Of a stretch of 62,642 nucleotides of DNA, positions 38,592 to 51,300 are shown in pieces. The notes beneath the pieces were generated by a model that saw only the letters and a list, made by a program, of their open reading frames with translations, searched no databases and was not told the origin of the DNA. Origin of the DNA: Hydrolagus affinis (lineage: Eukaryota); contig JAAILG010000213.1 in the NCBI GenBank assembly GCA_012026655.1, positions 62,001 through 124,642 of the forward strand, given 5' to 3'. How positions within the stretch are numbered: position 1 is the first letter of the stretch; each line of letters begins with the position of its first letter. Position numbers and translations under genes: made by a program.

Positions 38592-39185
38592 CTACAAAAG
38601 AGGTAACATTAGTAAAATATCTCAGGAACATAAGGAACCAAAGAATACTTCTGTTCCTCTGACTGATCCCATTTTCAAATACCATCTCTTCTTATCTCAT
38701 AACCCTCACCATGTCCCCCATCACCATCAAACGGATCTAAAAGATCTCCTTGAAACCATGCACATGAACCAACTCCTTTTAAACAAATACTCTACACTAA
38801 AGAGTTGGTGAGAAATTCCAACCTTTGGACTACAGGCATCTGAAAAGCAGCAATATATTTAATTATAATAATCGCTGAGTTTGATTTGGCGCCTTATCAC
38901 GTTGTTGAGACATATGAAAGCACTTCACATGATACACAATGATTTTATTTTGTGGGCAAAACGCAGAAGCCAATTCTGCACTGCAATTTGACAGCTTATT
39001 TCCAAAATGGATGTTTGAAGAACTCTACAATTATACTAAAGCTTGAACAACACACTCACAGATTTTGACAAAGTGATTTAACTGAGCCCTTGATTACTCC
39101 TTCATCTGCAGTCCTGAACAACATTTTACCTACATATCAATAATGGCGTATGGTTAAAAGAAAGTGAAGGTTTTAGATCACTTAC

Positions 39186-39299
39186 ATTTTGAATTTCAGG
39201 TACACCATTGTACCATTCTACAATCGATCGTGCAGAATAGACGCCGTGCAAGCTCTCCCCAGGAATTTCAAGCATCAGATTATCCTGTGCTCCATAGGC
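39186..39299 (-). CDS. FDXR: FDXR exon 5
   Basis: 114 bp; AYGAQDNLMLEIPGESLHGVYSARSIVEWYNGVPEIQN. Confidence 0.94.
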
Positions 39300-39628
39300 C
39301 TAAAATGAGAATTAAGAACAATTTCACATTTAATTGAGATTTTACTAAATTTCTCTCCCCACCCCTCCAGCACCCATCTTTTTCCATAAGTGTTGGAGAA
39401 ACGCTTAATTGCAGTTCATCACTGATTTGATTTTTCAGCAAAAAAATTAAATGGAATGGAAACCTTCTCTTGAGAATTATTTCACTTCATATTTTTCTTT
39501 GTTGGTCAAATATTGCAACTGCCAGGGTCAGTTTGGCAAATGTAACTTAAAAACAGACACGCTGAATATGTAGAAGCCGCCATACTTGAGAAAATGATGG
39601 TATTTTACTTGCTACCAATATTTCTTAC

Positions 39629-39751
39629 CAGTATCACTACATGGTATGCTTGTTTAAGCTCTTCCACACTAATATCCTTCCCAACAGTAATATTCCCATA
39701 AAACGAGCAGTGATAATTGTGCATTGTCTGGGTGAATGAGTTGATAACATT
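39629..39751 (-). CDS. FDXR: FDXR exon 4
   Basis: 123 bp; NVINSFTQTMHNYHCSFYGNITVGKDISVEELKQAYHVVIL. Confidence 0.95.
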
Positions 39752-40454
39752 CTGTGGGTGAAAAATGTGCATGTTATTCTTGGAAACCATTGTCAATAAG
39801 TCATTGCATTTTCAATACGATGTTATGAAACTACTTGGGACGTCCTCCCAACATGGCCGGTGCGATACAAATTTAATTTTGTTGATGAAACAGAGACTAG
39901 TAGTGTGTGTGATAGTTCTTTCCTCTACGTTTTAAAACAATCTTACAATAGATAATAATAATATTGCATTTGATGTAGCGCCTTATCACGTCTTTGACGT
40001 CTCAATGCGCTTCCACAGAATATACTGTAAAGTGAATTCACCATATATTTTGTGAAAAATAACTACTCAGTACTACTGAAAATAGCTTAGTTTACTCTGT
40101 GAAGCGCTTTGAGGCTTTGTTATATTGTAAATCAATTCCACTTTCTGCGCCATTCGTCCTTGTACTGAAGACTATTTCTATTTGCTTTTCATTGGAAATG
40201 TTATTTGTCAAGGCCACATTTCTCCAAAGTGATGCATAAAACCTTGTGGTTGACACTGACTAAGCGATTCATATATAAGCAATCATTTTCAGCATCAGAT
40301 TGGAGGTTGTTCAAGGCAAAAAACCTGTTCCAAGATAACAAGTTAGCCAGACTGCAGAGCAGAGAAATGTTAAATTAATTTAACAGAACAAACAAGCCTT
40401 ACAATAGATTGACATATTAAATGAATCTAACAGAACAGAAGGCCTTACAAGCCA

Positions 40455-40690
40455 GACACCTGGGTTCGATTCCTGGCAGGCCGAAACCTTGGGGGAAGTT
40501 TCCTAACTCCACACTCCCTTAAAAAAATTAATTGGTCATTTCAACCCACGACTGCTGTGCGCAATTGACTGCCATGTTTCGCCACAAATTTACAATCAAT
40601 TCACTTTAAAAGTATATTCTGTGAGGCATTTTGAAACGTCTAGAAGACATGAAAAGCGCTATATCAAATAGCTATATCATATTATTAATA
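40455..40690 (+). mobile_element. SINE (B-box to tail)
   Basis: gggttcgattcctggcaggccgaaaccttggg...aaagcgctatatcaaat; an inverted copy lies at about 39950-40035. Confidence 0.8.
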
Positions 40691-40893
40691 CCCTTTCACA
40701 GAAATGAAGTTCAAATACTCTATTACACTAAATTTTCTACACAGAGAATAAGCATGTTCTGTACCTTCTCAAAGATGTGATAAGGCGCTATATCAAATAT
40801 GAAAATGCAAGGATTATATTTGAAAACATTACATTCTCCATTCGTGTCTCAGAAAAGTTGTGTATCGTTGGCGGACCAATCGATTGTGCTAAC

Positions 40894-40989
40894 CTTCACT
40901 TCTGGATGGTCAGGGGCAACACCAAATCTTATGAGGCCAAAGGGGACGGGTAGCTTCTCATAGATATCAACTATGGCAGATTTCTGGAG
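40894..40989 (-). CDS. FDXR: FDXR exon 3
   Basis: 96 bp; [32 protein letters not shown]; a second in-frame cag acceptor lies 6 nt downstream. Confidence 0.94.
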
Positions 40990-41695
40990 CTGGAGCAGCA
41001 GAATAAACGCACGTTAGAAATGTATTTGAGGCATTCTGTCCAGAAAAATCACAAATTCCAAAATACGCTGCAGGTGGAAGGAGAAAATTAATATACATTA
41101 ATTTGGGGGAACTGCACAAATTACAAATAAGCAAATTGATTCAAGCCGATTATAAATGCATTCCAAATCAATTTCAATAAAATAAGTGCTACACACACTT
41201 CTTTCTTTTATAATTCTATCAAATGCAATTACAGGAAAGAGAGAAGCAAAAAGAAGCCTTATCAATGTGCGATATTAACGTTTGTTTAACCATGAGAATA
41301 GGATTCTCAGTGAGAAAATCTAAATGGATTTTAGCAAACTGCAGCATTTTCAACCCCAATGTAAAACTAGAAGTCATCAGTTATATGGTTCGTCACTCTA
41401 CCTGCAAGACTCACAATTTCATAGAATTACAAAGACGATTAATAATAATAATAAATTACTGCATGAATCAATCAGTGAATTTGGCCCTACTACTCCATTG
41501 CATATACTCCATCCTATACCTATTCCCTTCTCCCATTTCCATCTATTCTCTTCTTTCCCACCACGCGCGCACTTCTTCTGTACGTTCTGCACAATATTTG
41601 CGAAATCCCCCCAAAAAAATTCACGTTGTAAATAATCAGGTGTTCCGATTAGTCTTAAAAGAGTACATTTGTGTACCCGAGGGACATAACATTAC

Positions 41696-41793
41696 CTTGA
41701 GAACATGCTGTGCGGTGTAGAAACCAGCAGGACCGCTGCCGACGATGCACACCTGGAGCTTGGACTCTGCCAATGAGGAAAACTCTTGGACTC
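41696..41793 (-). CDS. FDXR: FDXR exon 2 (FAD-binding GxGxxG)
   Basis: 98 bp; [33 protein letters not shown]. Confidence 0.95.
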
Positions 41794-41958
41794 CTAAAAT
41801 GAGGGGATTACATTATTGGGACAAATGACAGGCAATTCGGGAACATGCCAATATGTATCTGGCCGATGACAACTGTTTTCCAGTCATTATTATTAATGTG
41901 GAGGAGGTAGGATTAACGTTTTAGAAGTTTATCGTCTGCCACATTTGCCCATCGTTCA

Positions 41959-42180
41959 GAGCTCCTGTGGCTCAGTGGTTAGAGCACTTGTCTTGCAAGC
42001 TTGGAAGACCAAGCTGGGGGAGACCCGTGTTCGAATCCAGGCAGGTCAGGGCGAAACCTTGGGCAAGTTTCCTTACTCCACACACACATGCGCGCGCCTA
42101 ATAATAATCCCTCCAAAAAACAACACAATAATATAAAATTGGTCATTTCAATCCAAAAGCAGGAGCCCACAGCAAAGCTT
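41959..42180 (+). mobile_element. SINE 5' part with intact Pol III A and B boxes
   Basis: TGGCTCAGTGG (41968-41978) and GTTCGAATCC (42029-42038), followed by the SINE body gaaaccttgggcaagtttcc. Confidence 0.8.
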
Positions 42181-42349
42181 TGCCGGCCCACAGCAAAGGT
42201 TAACAACCTGATCCTTCCACTGTAAACAACATTATTCTATGGTGGACTTCACCCATTTACGTTATCTTTCTAGACGGAGGCGCAGGCAGCTGTTGCACAA
42301 TTCATTTGCGGGGTCCCCTCAAGAAAGTATTTTCTTAAAATTCATATTA

Positions 42350-42549
42350 CAGTGAAAGCTCGTTTATCCGGCACCCGATCAACCGTAACTTCCGTATAAC
42401 CCGGCACCTCAAAAAAAAAAGGTCCGCATTCGATTAACCGGAATTTATCCGGAAAAATGCTTTTTTCTTTCGTTTTCGGCCGAATATCCGGCACGCACTT
42501 TAACCGGCACTGGCCAGGTCCCGAGGGTGCTGGATAAATAGTATTAATG
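42350..42549. mobile_element. Tc1/pogo (Tigger-like) MITE
   Basis: ta|cagtgaaagctcgtttatccggcaccc ... gggtgctggataaat imperfect TIRs; internal repeats of (t)ccggcac. Confidence 0.55.
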
Positions 42550-42730
42550 TTACTATTAATATTGCTTTTAGTATTACTATTAACGTTAGTATTAGTGTTA
42601 GTGTTACTATTAGTGTTAGTATTAATGTTAGTATTACTGTTAGTGTTAGTATTACTGTTAGTGATAGGGTTACTATTACTGTTAGTATTAATGTTATTGT
42701 TAGTACGACTGTTAGGGTTAGTATTACTGT
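42541..42730. repeat. Low-complexity tandem repeat (tagtgt/tagtat/tactgt units)
   Basis: Direct reading; directly adjacent to the FDXR exon 1 donor. Confidence 0.85.
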
Positions 42731-42735
42731 CTCAC

Positions 42736-42817
42736 CGGGAAGGTGCTGCCTGTGGAGGCCGACGCCCCTGAGGTAAACCCCGGCCAGGAGAGAGCGGACA
42801 GCCCGGGGGGTCCTCAT
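42736..42817 (-). CDS. FDXR: FDXR exon 1 (mitochondrial transit peptide)
   Basis: agcaccATG; MRTPRAVRSLLAGVYLRGVGLHRQHLP is Arg-rich with no acidic residues; G|gtgag donor; the 12 exons total 1482 nt = 493 aa plus stop. Confidence 0.85.
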
Positions 42818-43768
42818 GGTGCTGGCGGGAAGGGAGGGAAAGCTGCTATCCCGGTTATCCGATCGCTCCTCGCTCCTTCCCCAACCCACACACACACTGA
42901 CCCACCGACCGACCGGAGTGTTAGTGACAGGAGAGAGGGAGAGGAGGAGGAGGAGGAGGGAGGCCGTTTATCACACACGCATACACACAGAGCAAACACA
43001 CACACACACACACACCCGCCCAACTGGGCGGGAGAAGCGCCCGCCCAACCCGCCCAACTTTGCACAACATTACATTACACAACCCGCACAACACTGCCCC
43101 CTCCCGCCCAACCCGGCTCCCGAGTAGCGCCGGCGAAGGAGAGTGCGCGTGCGCCGTGGCTGCCTGGCGAGCCGAGGGGCGGGCTGTAGGGGTGGGCGCA
43201 CGTGATAGGCCAACAACAACAACAGCAGCGGCGCCAGCCCCCGGGGGCGGTTGGTGGAAGAGCCGTCACCATGGAGACAGGGGCCTGACTGACAAGGCGG
43301 CCCGACACCCTCTCACTCCTCCCTCTCACACACAACACACATACACGCACAAAACACTCCCTCCTTCCCTCCCTCAGGTAAAAAAAACTTTTTTATACCT
43401 TACAATTGTTTTTTGTAAATAATAATAATCGGTACATTAAAATAATGATATAATAGTAATAACGATAACAAACGGGTTAAGGGGTGGGGGGGGTTAGAAG
43501 CGGGAGGCGGCCGTCGAGAAAAATCAATCCTTTGTCCAATTCCTGTCAGCTCCGGCCTTCCTCTCTCCTCCCTCCCTCTCCCCCCCCTTTCCTCCATCCC
43601 GCCTCTCTCCTCCCCCCCTCCCCCTCCCATCTCCGCCCTCCCTCCCTCCCTCCTTTGTCTCCAGTCACCGCGAGGCCCGGTTTGCGGCCTACACAGCCTG
43701 GGATTGGAGTGTGAGCGACCGAAGGCGAGGGCGTGAGTCAGCGAGTCTGGAGAGCTGGCAGCTTTGGA
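42740..43768. promoter_or_regulatory. CpG island, probable bidirectional promoter for FDXR and the RAI1/TCF20-like gene
   Basis: High GC and CpG density; NRF1-like TGCGCGTGCGC at about 43144, GC box at about 43176, E-box CACGTG at 43199-43204. Confidence 0.7.
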
Positions 43769-43918
43769 NNNNNNNNNNNNNNNNNNNNNNNNNNNNNNNN
43801 NNNNNNNNNNNNNNNNNNNNNNNNNNNNNNNNNNNNNNNNNNNNNNNNNNNNNNNNNNNNNNNNNNNNNNNNNNNNNNNNNNNNNNNNNNNNNNNNNNNN
43901 NNNNNNNNNNNNNNNNNN
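43769..43918. other. Assembly gap (150 N)
   Basis: Run of N. Confidence 1.
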
Positions 43919-44069
43919 AGCCTGAACTGACCGGCACTTCTTCATTATTTGCAGGAAGACGGGTTTTGTTTTGTTGTGTTACATTGTGTTTCTACTGAGG
44001 AGAGGAGGACACTAGAGGCTTGAGGAGGGGGCGGGGGGGGGGAGAAACGATACAATCCCAACTGTTTAG

Positions 44070-44585
44070 GAGAGTGAGTGAGTGAGTGAGTGTGAATTGA
44101 GTGAGTGAAGAGCTCGTTTAACACATTTTTTTTAACTGCTGCCTGTCGGTGTTTGCAATGTTTATTTTTAAAAAAATAAGGTGTATTACTGTGTATACTG
44201 TACACTCACTTTACTACCACTCACTCACTTACTCTCACACGGACTCACTCACTATCAGACGCTCACTATTATACACGCACTCGCTCACTCACTATCATAT
44301 TCTCATCCACTATCATATTCATCCTCTCTCACTCACTCACTCTCTTAGACTCACCCACTCACTCACTCACTCACCATCGTAGGTACACTCATTCATTCAC
44401 TATTCTTCACTCACTGTCTTACACTCACTCACCATCAAACAACAACAACAACAACAAAATCACGCTTGTATAGCGCCTTTCACATCAGGAGGACGTCCCA
44501 AGGCGCTGACATTCACTCACCATCACTCACTCACTCACTATCTTTCACTCACTCACCATCATACATACATACACTCACTCCCTCT
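44070..44585. repeat. (CACT)n/(GAGT)n degenerate tetranucleotide repeat region
   Basis: Direct reading. Confidence 0.8.
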
Positions 44586-45331
44586 CATACTCCTGAAAAT
44601 CCACTAACTAACACTTCCGAATTGGCTTACTCATTAACTAACACATTTCTCCACCAAACACACTCATTCATGACCACATTCGCCCCATGTGGGTTTCACT
44701 CTTCTTTGCTATGTGACTTTTTAAAAAAAATTCAGTCTGTTGTATGAAGAGCTGTATTTTTAACACTACATCTTATGATTTTTTTCCCCCAAAATTGTCT
44801 CAGTGGTGTATTTTGATCTGTTTCCATAACTGTGAACGTTAAAGTACCGTCGTTCTTTGTTATACAATTCATTGTTTTTTTTTAAAAAACAGATTGCCGT
44901 TTGAATGATTCTTATCCGTTTATCTCTTTGGAATCTACAGCTAAAAGGTTCTTTGTTCCAGATCATGAGTTGAGCTATCAGAATGGGGAATGGCGTGTAC
45001 CCTATTGATAAAAGTAATGACACATATCTGGCGCAGTGTGTGGGTGCATTTTGCAGACGCTTCGTTCGGGATTTGGGATACATAAGCAGCCAAGTAATAT
45101 TTTTAAAAAACTGATTTTAGAAACTGAATTTTCTATAAAATAATTGTGACAAAATAGTGACCATTGTAAACTGAAGTCACTACCTCCCTCACAGCCAAAG
45201 TAGTAAAATAGTAGTACAAACGAAAATCGATGCATCAACAAGCCTTTGCTTTATAAACTATGTTTGCTAAATTTCTTGTGTTTATGGATAGGATACGGAA
45301 GTGACTTGAGAGCATTATCTCCACATCTTGT

Positions 45332-45633
45332 GGAGTCCTGCAGTTTAGTGATTAGAGCACTCGCTTTGCACGTGAGAGACTTGGGTTCAATTCCAGGCCA
45401 AGACAAAACCTTGGGCAGTTTACTTACTCCACACGCCTGATAATAATCCCTAAAAAAAAATGGTAATTTCAATCCATGACTGTTTGTGAGACACTGATGT
45501 GCGTAATTGGATACTATGTTTTTCCCACAAGTATATAGTCAGTTGCCCTTACAGTATATTCTGTGAAGTGCTTTTGAGACATCTAGAAGATGTGAAAAGT
45601 GCTATATCAAATGCAAGGATTATTACTATTATT
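45332..45633 (+). mobile_element. Full-length tRNA-derived SINE (about 300 bp)
   Basis: Degenerate A box, B box ggttcaattcc, body, and tail tgcaaggattattactattatt. Confidence 0.85.
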
Positions 45634-47279
45634 AAGTCGTGATATAGTTGAAAACTTTGCCCATTTTAAGAAGATTTGAAGTGCTTTAGTCTTTTTTTTA
45701 CAATCTAGACAAATTGCTCTTCTAGCCTTAATTAAGTTTTGGGTAAGTTTTGTTTATAATTTTTTTGGGATCAGCCAAGTTGATTTAAACTTTTGATCAC
45801 GTATTTGACACATGCAGCGATATATAATCATGCTCAATAATCCAAACCAAACTGAGATTCCTGCATCCCATCTAGACATGGAAATTGGAATGGAATGCAC
45901 ACATTCTACCTGGAGGGATACATCCTACTTATGTATTCCCAGTTTTAGGCACAGGCTGGGAAGTGCTAGAATCTAACCAGACAAACATGTATAACTTGCG
46001 ATTGAATGCACTGTCTGGCAAACTCTCCTGCTGCTTGACCAGCTAGGACAGTCCTACCTATTTGGCTTGCAGGGTTAAACAGGAGCTGAGTGTGAAGTAT
46101 CCCTGCCCCGATTTAGTGGTTCAGCAATGAGCCCAACTGTCTGGGCTGTCATCTGCAATGACCTGGAATATTGTGGACCCACCTGGCTGAGCAACAGAGA
46201 ACCGAGATTGGAACAAGAGTTGAATCAATGCCGACATTCTGTTGCCGAGCATGTAATATTGGAGACATTTTATATCCAAGATAATTCTACTTGCTTCATT
46301 TGCCCCAATGGGATTTTATTGATAATAAAGCTTTAAAAGCTGAAGGTCTAACTCCAGACATTTTTACTTTGCCTGTTGAACAAGTAAAATGCAAACTACT
46401 GTAGATCGAAATTCTGAACACATTCTTCTCTGCCCACAAGGCACCTCCCTTCCACCACACCAAGTTCCTTATCTAGAAATGCAGGTTCGCATCCTGCTCT
46501 CAGTGCTATGCTATACATGTGCTACATGTCTGGTCTAAGGTCACGTGTGGTGCCTTGCTTCATCCACTTAGAATGCAGCTCTTCAGTGCGCTATGGTAAT
46601 TAGTAGAAATGAATGAGTCTGTGCATGGATACACGGTCTTTGTGTCTTTATAAAGCTCCTCAATCAGGACAAAGGATAACACTACACCGGTCTGAATTTT
46701 TTTTCCCAGCTTTACTATTTTACTATTAATCTCTGTTATTTTATTGTGATACTTAAACTTTTAGTAAGAATAGTGCTGATTTTATGCCTTTTCATAGACA
46801 GTCTTTGTCTGCTGTTTTGGTTGAGTATGGGGGTGCAGTGTAAAGCGACAAAAGCTGTCAAGTACTCTTGAGTGTTAAAGATTTTATTAAGAATCTGCAG
46901 TTAAACTGGGGTTTTAAGGTATGGTTTGCTGTAAAATGCTTAATTTTATAGCAAAATATGCTTTCAGGTAAAGTATAAATTTGATCGCAGTGATTTGTTA
47001 TCATATTTTTCATGTCAAACAAAAATAATCACACTAGCAAGAGAGCATGAGAGAATAGCTTGTGTTTGAGTCTGATTTTCATTCCTAATGATACATAATG
47101 CAGTATGCATTTCTTGCAAATCAGTTGCTATATTCCAAATCTAATGGTTGCACAAAAGCTAAAGAAAAAGTTGTTTTAAATGAAAACTAAAATCCTGCAT
47201 TCAAGACTCATAAGCCTACTCAATCTTCCCTGCTGAAAATTCTATGCCTTATTTTATTCTTTCATTGTCTAATCTGATA

Positions 47280-47470
47280 GTAGACTGCAGTACACTGGGC
47301 AGCACTGCATTGTCAGCTGGGATGTTCATGGTATGAAATGTTAAACTGAGGCCTGTCTTGTCTGTTCAGGTAAATGCAAAAGATCCCGTGGGCACTATTC
47401 AAAAAAAGAAAGGAGTTTCTCCCAGTGACCTAACCAACACTCTTCCAGATAGAATTCGCCATTAACTTTA
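47280..47470 (+). mobile_element. DeuSINE Deu-domain fragment
   Basis: gcactgcattgtcag...ttaaactgaggcctgtc...aaagatcccgtgggcactattc...ggagtttctcccagtg. Confidence 0.65.
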
Positions 47471-47509
47471 TGTTTGCGGGACATTACGAGAAACAAATTA
47501 GTTATACCA

Positions 47510-47710
47510 TTAATAATAAATAATCCTTGCATTTGATATAGCGCTTTTCATGTCTGATAGACGTCTCAAAGAGCTTCACAGAATATACTGTAAAGTGAAT
47601 TGACTGTATATTTATGGGTGAAACATGGCAGCCAGTTGTAGTGTCCCACAAAGTCGAGGATTGAAATGACCAATCTATTTTTTTTTCTAGAGGGATTATT
47701 ATCAGATGTT
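47510..47710 (-). mobile_element. SINE 3' two-thirds, inverted relative to the 45332 copy
   Basis: Reverse complement of the same family; a further fragment lies at about 48067-48175. Confidence 0.85.
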
Positions 47711-48345
47711 AATTGTGTTCACCTACAAATACCATCTTTTACAGAAGCTTTGTGATGCTTTTAAAATGTTCTTGGTTTTACAGACATATCAAAGTGCCAT
47801 GATTATTACTTTATTATTCAATACTTTATTATTACATAGTCTGCGCTGAGTTCATATTCCACGTGAGCCGCCGCCCTTCCTGTACTCCTCTATCTCTTCT
47901 GTCTCGTGTATACACTCTTTTTGCTTACATAGACTGATGATTTTTACTTCAACTACAGCTTCCAGAATTGAGTTCCACATTCTCATTACACTCTGCGTGA
48001 AAGTTCTTCCTAAACTCCATTATTTCCCATAAAGATAAAAAGATGGGTATAGATAATATTAACACAATAATAATTACCTTTCATTTGATATAGTACCATA
48101 TCACATTGTGATGTCTCAAAGTGCTTCACAGAATATACTGTAAAGTGAATTAACTGTACATTTTGGTGGTGAAACTGAGTAATCGGTGTTTAGAAAATGT
48201 TATAACATGTTTTAATATAACATTATACATGCAAAATGTAATATTGGTGCTGACTCATTGCTGCACTAAGTACATATTTTAAAAAAGGCTTTAATGAAGG
48301 CTTTGCTTCTTTCTCCAGAACAGGTGAAGCAGCCAAATTCCTGTA

Positions 48346-51300
48346 ATGGAGTCAGGACAGGATCAAGCTGATGGGTTGCATAACCAAAAAGACAACTTGG
48401 TTCATTTTGACATCCCTGTGGATTATTCTGTTGATTGTGCAAGAAAACAAAGAGGAAGAATACAGGCAAATAAGTTATTCGAACTATCACCCACAGATAC
48501 TCAATATAACATGTGCACAAAAAACACACCTAGTGATTTAGAGACCAATTTGGCATTTTCTGTATCTCACACTGACCAGATGCACGGGGATGACGCGATC
48601 TCAAGTATCACCGTCAACTATGTCAACCAATCTCATCTATTTCCTTCCCAGAGGACAATGCGACATTCCTTGCACGAGCAACAACTGCCTTCACTCTTTA
48701 TTCCATCTGTTTATGTGCAAGCACAGCAGATGCTGCCAGCTCCATTTGAGCCCTCTGTACCTACTGATTTTGTTCATCCATCATATGAACACTCTGTGTT
48801 GGCACAATCTAGTGAACTGGAAACTATTAAGAGAGGCCTTGCAAATGAAATAGAATGTAGTACTATGAACCAGCACTTAATGACGGAGTTGGATTTCGAT
48901 TCACCATTAGCTGCTGCTACTGTCTATGGATCTGGATCGTGTAGTGGATCACTTGAACAGGCGTTTGACACAGCTGAGGAAATTTTACATGGGGAACCGA
49001 GTAACATGGAAGCCCAGGATTTGGTCTGTCAGTTTTCTGGAGCAATTAATCACACAGATGAGGGGGATAATATTGTCAGTCCTGCTGAAACAGTGGTTCA
49101 AAACCCTGGATTACTCGTAAGAAAACTAACTGGGTCTCTGGCCCCAGAGGGCAGACCGAACAACACAGAACAGCACGACAACAGAAACCTGCTGGGCAGG
49201 GTGGAACATTGTGAAACAAGAAATGGTACAAGTATGTTCACTGAAGTGAAGTGTTTAAGTAAGCAGCAAGCAGAGAGAAAACATCAGCCTGTACACGGCT
49301 TCGACTTGAGCAAGAGTTACAAAGATCAGGCGACCACGAGAGCAGAAAATGCAGTTGAGTTTTCTGAGGAATCAGTGCTCGTCGAGTCAGAGGAAAAACA
49401 AGACAAGGATACTCTTGATAAAACTTGGCCAGAAGATTCGGCAGAAGGGGAACAAAATATTTTATTAACTCGTCATGTAAATATAAATTCTTCAAATTTT
49501 ACCCAACAATCACATAGTTTAAGTATAGATGGTTACCAGAGGATGTGCCAAAATAGTGCTGGAACCAATATGTCATCAACATGTAGACTAGTACCAAATG
49601 TAGAGACGGCACACAATATGCTGAATAGTTCAACCAATGGTAGAATATTTTCAAACACTGCAGTTCTTCAAAATATGCAAAAAACTAACAGTTCATCACA
49701 GGTTACACAAACTGGAGAGCAATCACATGACCAAGAAGCAGCTTTAACATCTGACCTAATGTATAGAGAGATGCCTTGTTCAGGGAATGATGCCACAAGC
49801 GCTGAAAATAGCAATGCAGATCAGGTCAGGTACAATTCAATAGAAAGTCATATTTTTCCACATAATGCAGATCTTAAACCAAATATGAAAATAACTGAAC
49901 ATTCTCTGTGTAGTGAGAATAGCTGCTGGGAAGCAAATCAACAATGTTCTACTGTTGATGAAACCGATGCTCCTTCTGTAGTCAAGCCGAATGTGAATGA
50001 AATTTCTAATTCAATGCAAGTAAATAACAGTGTATGTGAAAGCAGTAGAAGTCCAGCTTCATTCAGCAAAGTAACTGTTCTCTCATTACAGAGCCCTGAG
50101 AATAACCTGCCTAGGGTACAGCCTTGTTCTCTCAAGTTGCATAAGCTGAATGTTATTGAAACTGATGGGAAGTGTGATGTGCGAGGATACGTCATTGATC
50201 TGAAGACGAATGATGTTACACCAATGTCATGCAGTATTTCAATGAGCCTTTCCTTAGCCAAGTCGAGAGAAAGTGCTGGCTGTGTAGGGGAAGGTGAGCT
50301 TGATGAGGTTTGTAATGAGAAGGGTGGCCAAAGCTCTAGTGGTGGTGATGAATGTGAAGAGTCGCCAGCCCCAGGAGGGTCTCATCGTCCCAGCAGGAGA
50401 AAGCAGACTCTGGTGACGAAATATGAGGATGAAGAAGTCATTTACATCTCTGATATTGAAGAGGATGATGTTAGTCGACCTATCTCCAAAACAGACACAA
50501 GTCAAAATCAAAGTACATCGTCAAATAATAAAAAACGGAGGGCAGCTTGTCAACAGCATTTAAATCAAAATTCTAAAGAGAAGAGGGACGGCAATCCTAA
50601 TCGAAAGGTTTTCGAAAGGAAGATTCTTCCAGCGAGACAGAGAAGAGGAATGAGATTGGAGCAGATCGTCCAAAATATTATTACACAGCCGAAGTCTAGA
50701 GTGTCCGGTAATGTTGGGGAACGACACAGAAAAAGCCGGAATACACCTCCTACTCCTACCAGGTTTCAGCCACCGAGGCGAAAATCCGGCTCTGCCGCTA
50801 AACAGAGGGCGAATGGCGATGCTGGGATTTCTCATAACTTGGTGGTTTCCCTCAAGGAAAACCTTGCTTTGGAATGTTCATTGCAAGGGCAGAACGAAGC
50901 ACATTTATGGCAAGCAGATTCAGCAGCTGCAGAAAAACAGAACAAAAACACATCTACCTCAACTCCAGGCTCTCGCCAAGAACATGCAACAAAACTAAGC
51001 ACTCCAAATTCCCCCGCCACATCCTCCTGCCCTGCTTCGTCTTCAAAACGATCAAACGAGAATTACCGAGAGGGGCCTGCTTCAAGAAAGCGTGGTGACT
51101 CTGATGCTAAGTGTTTAAATGGTAACGGAAGTAACTCCAGACAATGCTCCAGGAAGGCTGGTGCACTGTCACAGCAGAAAACCTCCCAACCAAGGAGAAG
51201 AGCTACCGGGAGAAAGAGACCATGCAAGTCAGCAAGTCGGAAGCGAAATAGGCAGCGGGGTCTACACTCGTCAATGTTTGCTCCTGATGAGCCTGAAATA

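Noticed and set aside
41840-41862. p53 response element in FDXR intron 1 (GAACATGCCA)
   Set aside because: Single imperfect half-site with no valid partner.
41959-42045. tRNA-Ala gene
   Set aside because: No convincing acceptor stem, and it runs directly into the SINE body; it is a SINE head.
42500-43430. Overlapping hydrophobic and GC-rich ORFs
   Set aside because: Products of simple repeats and CpG-island composition; only FDXR exon 1 is supported.
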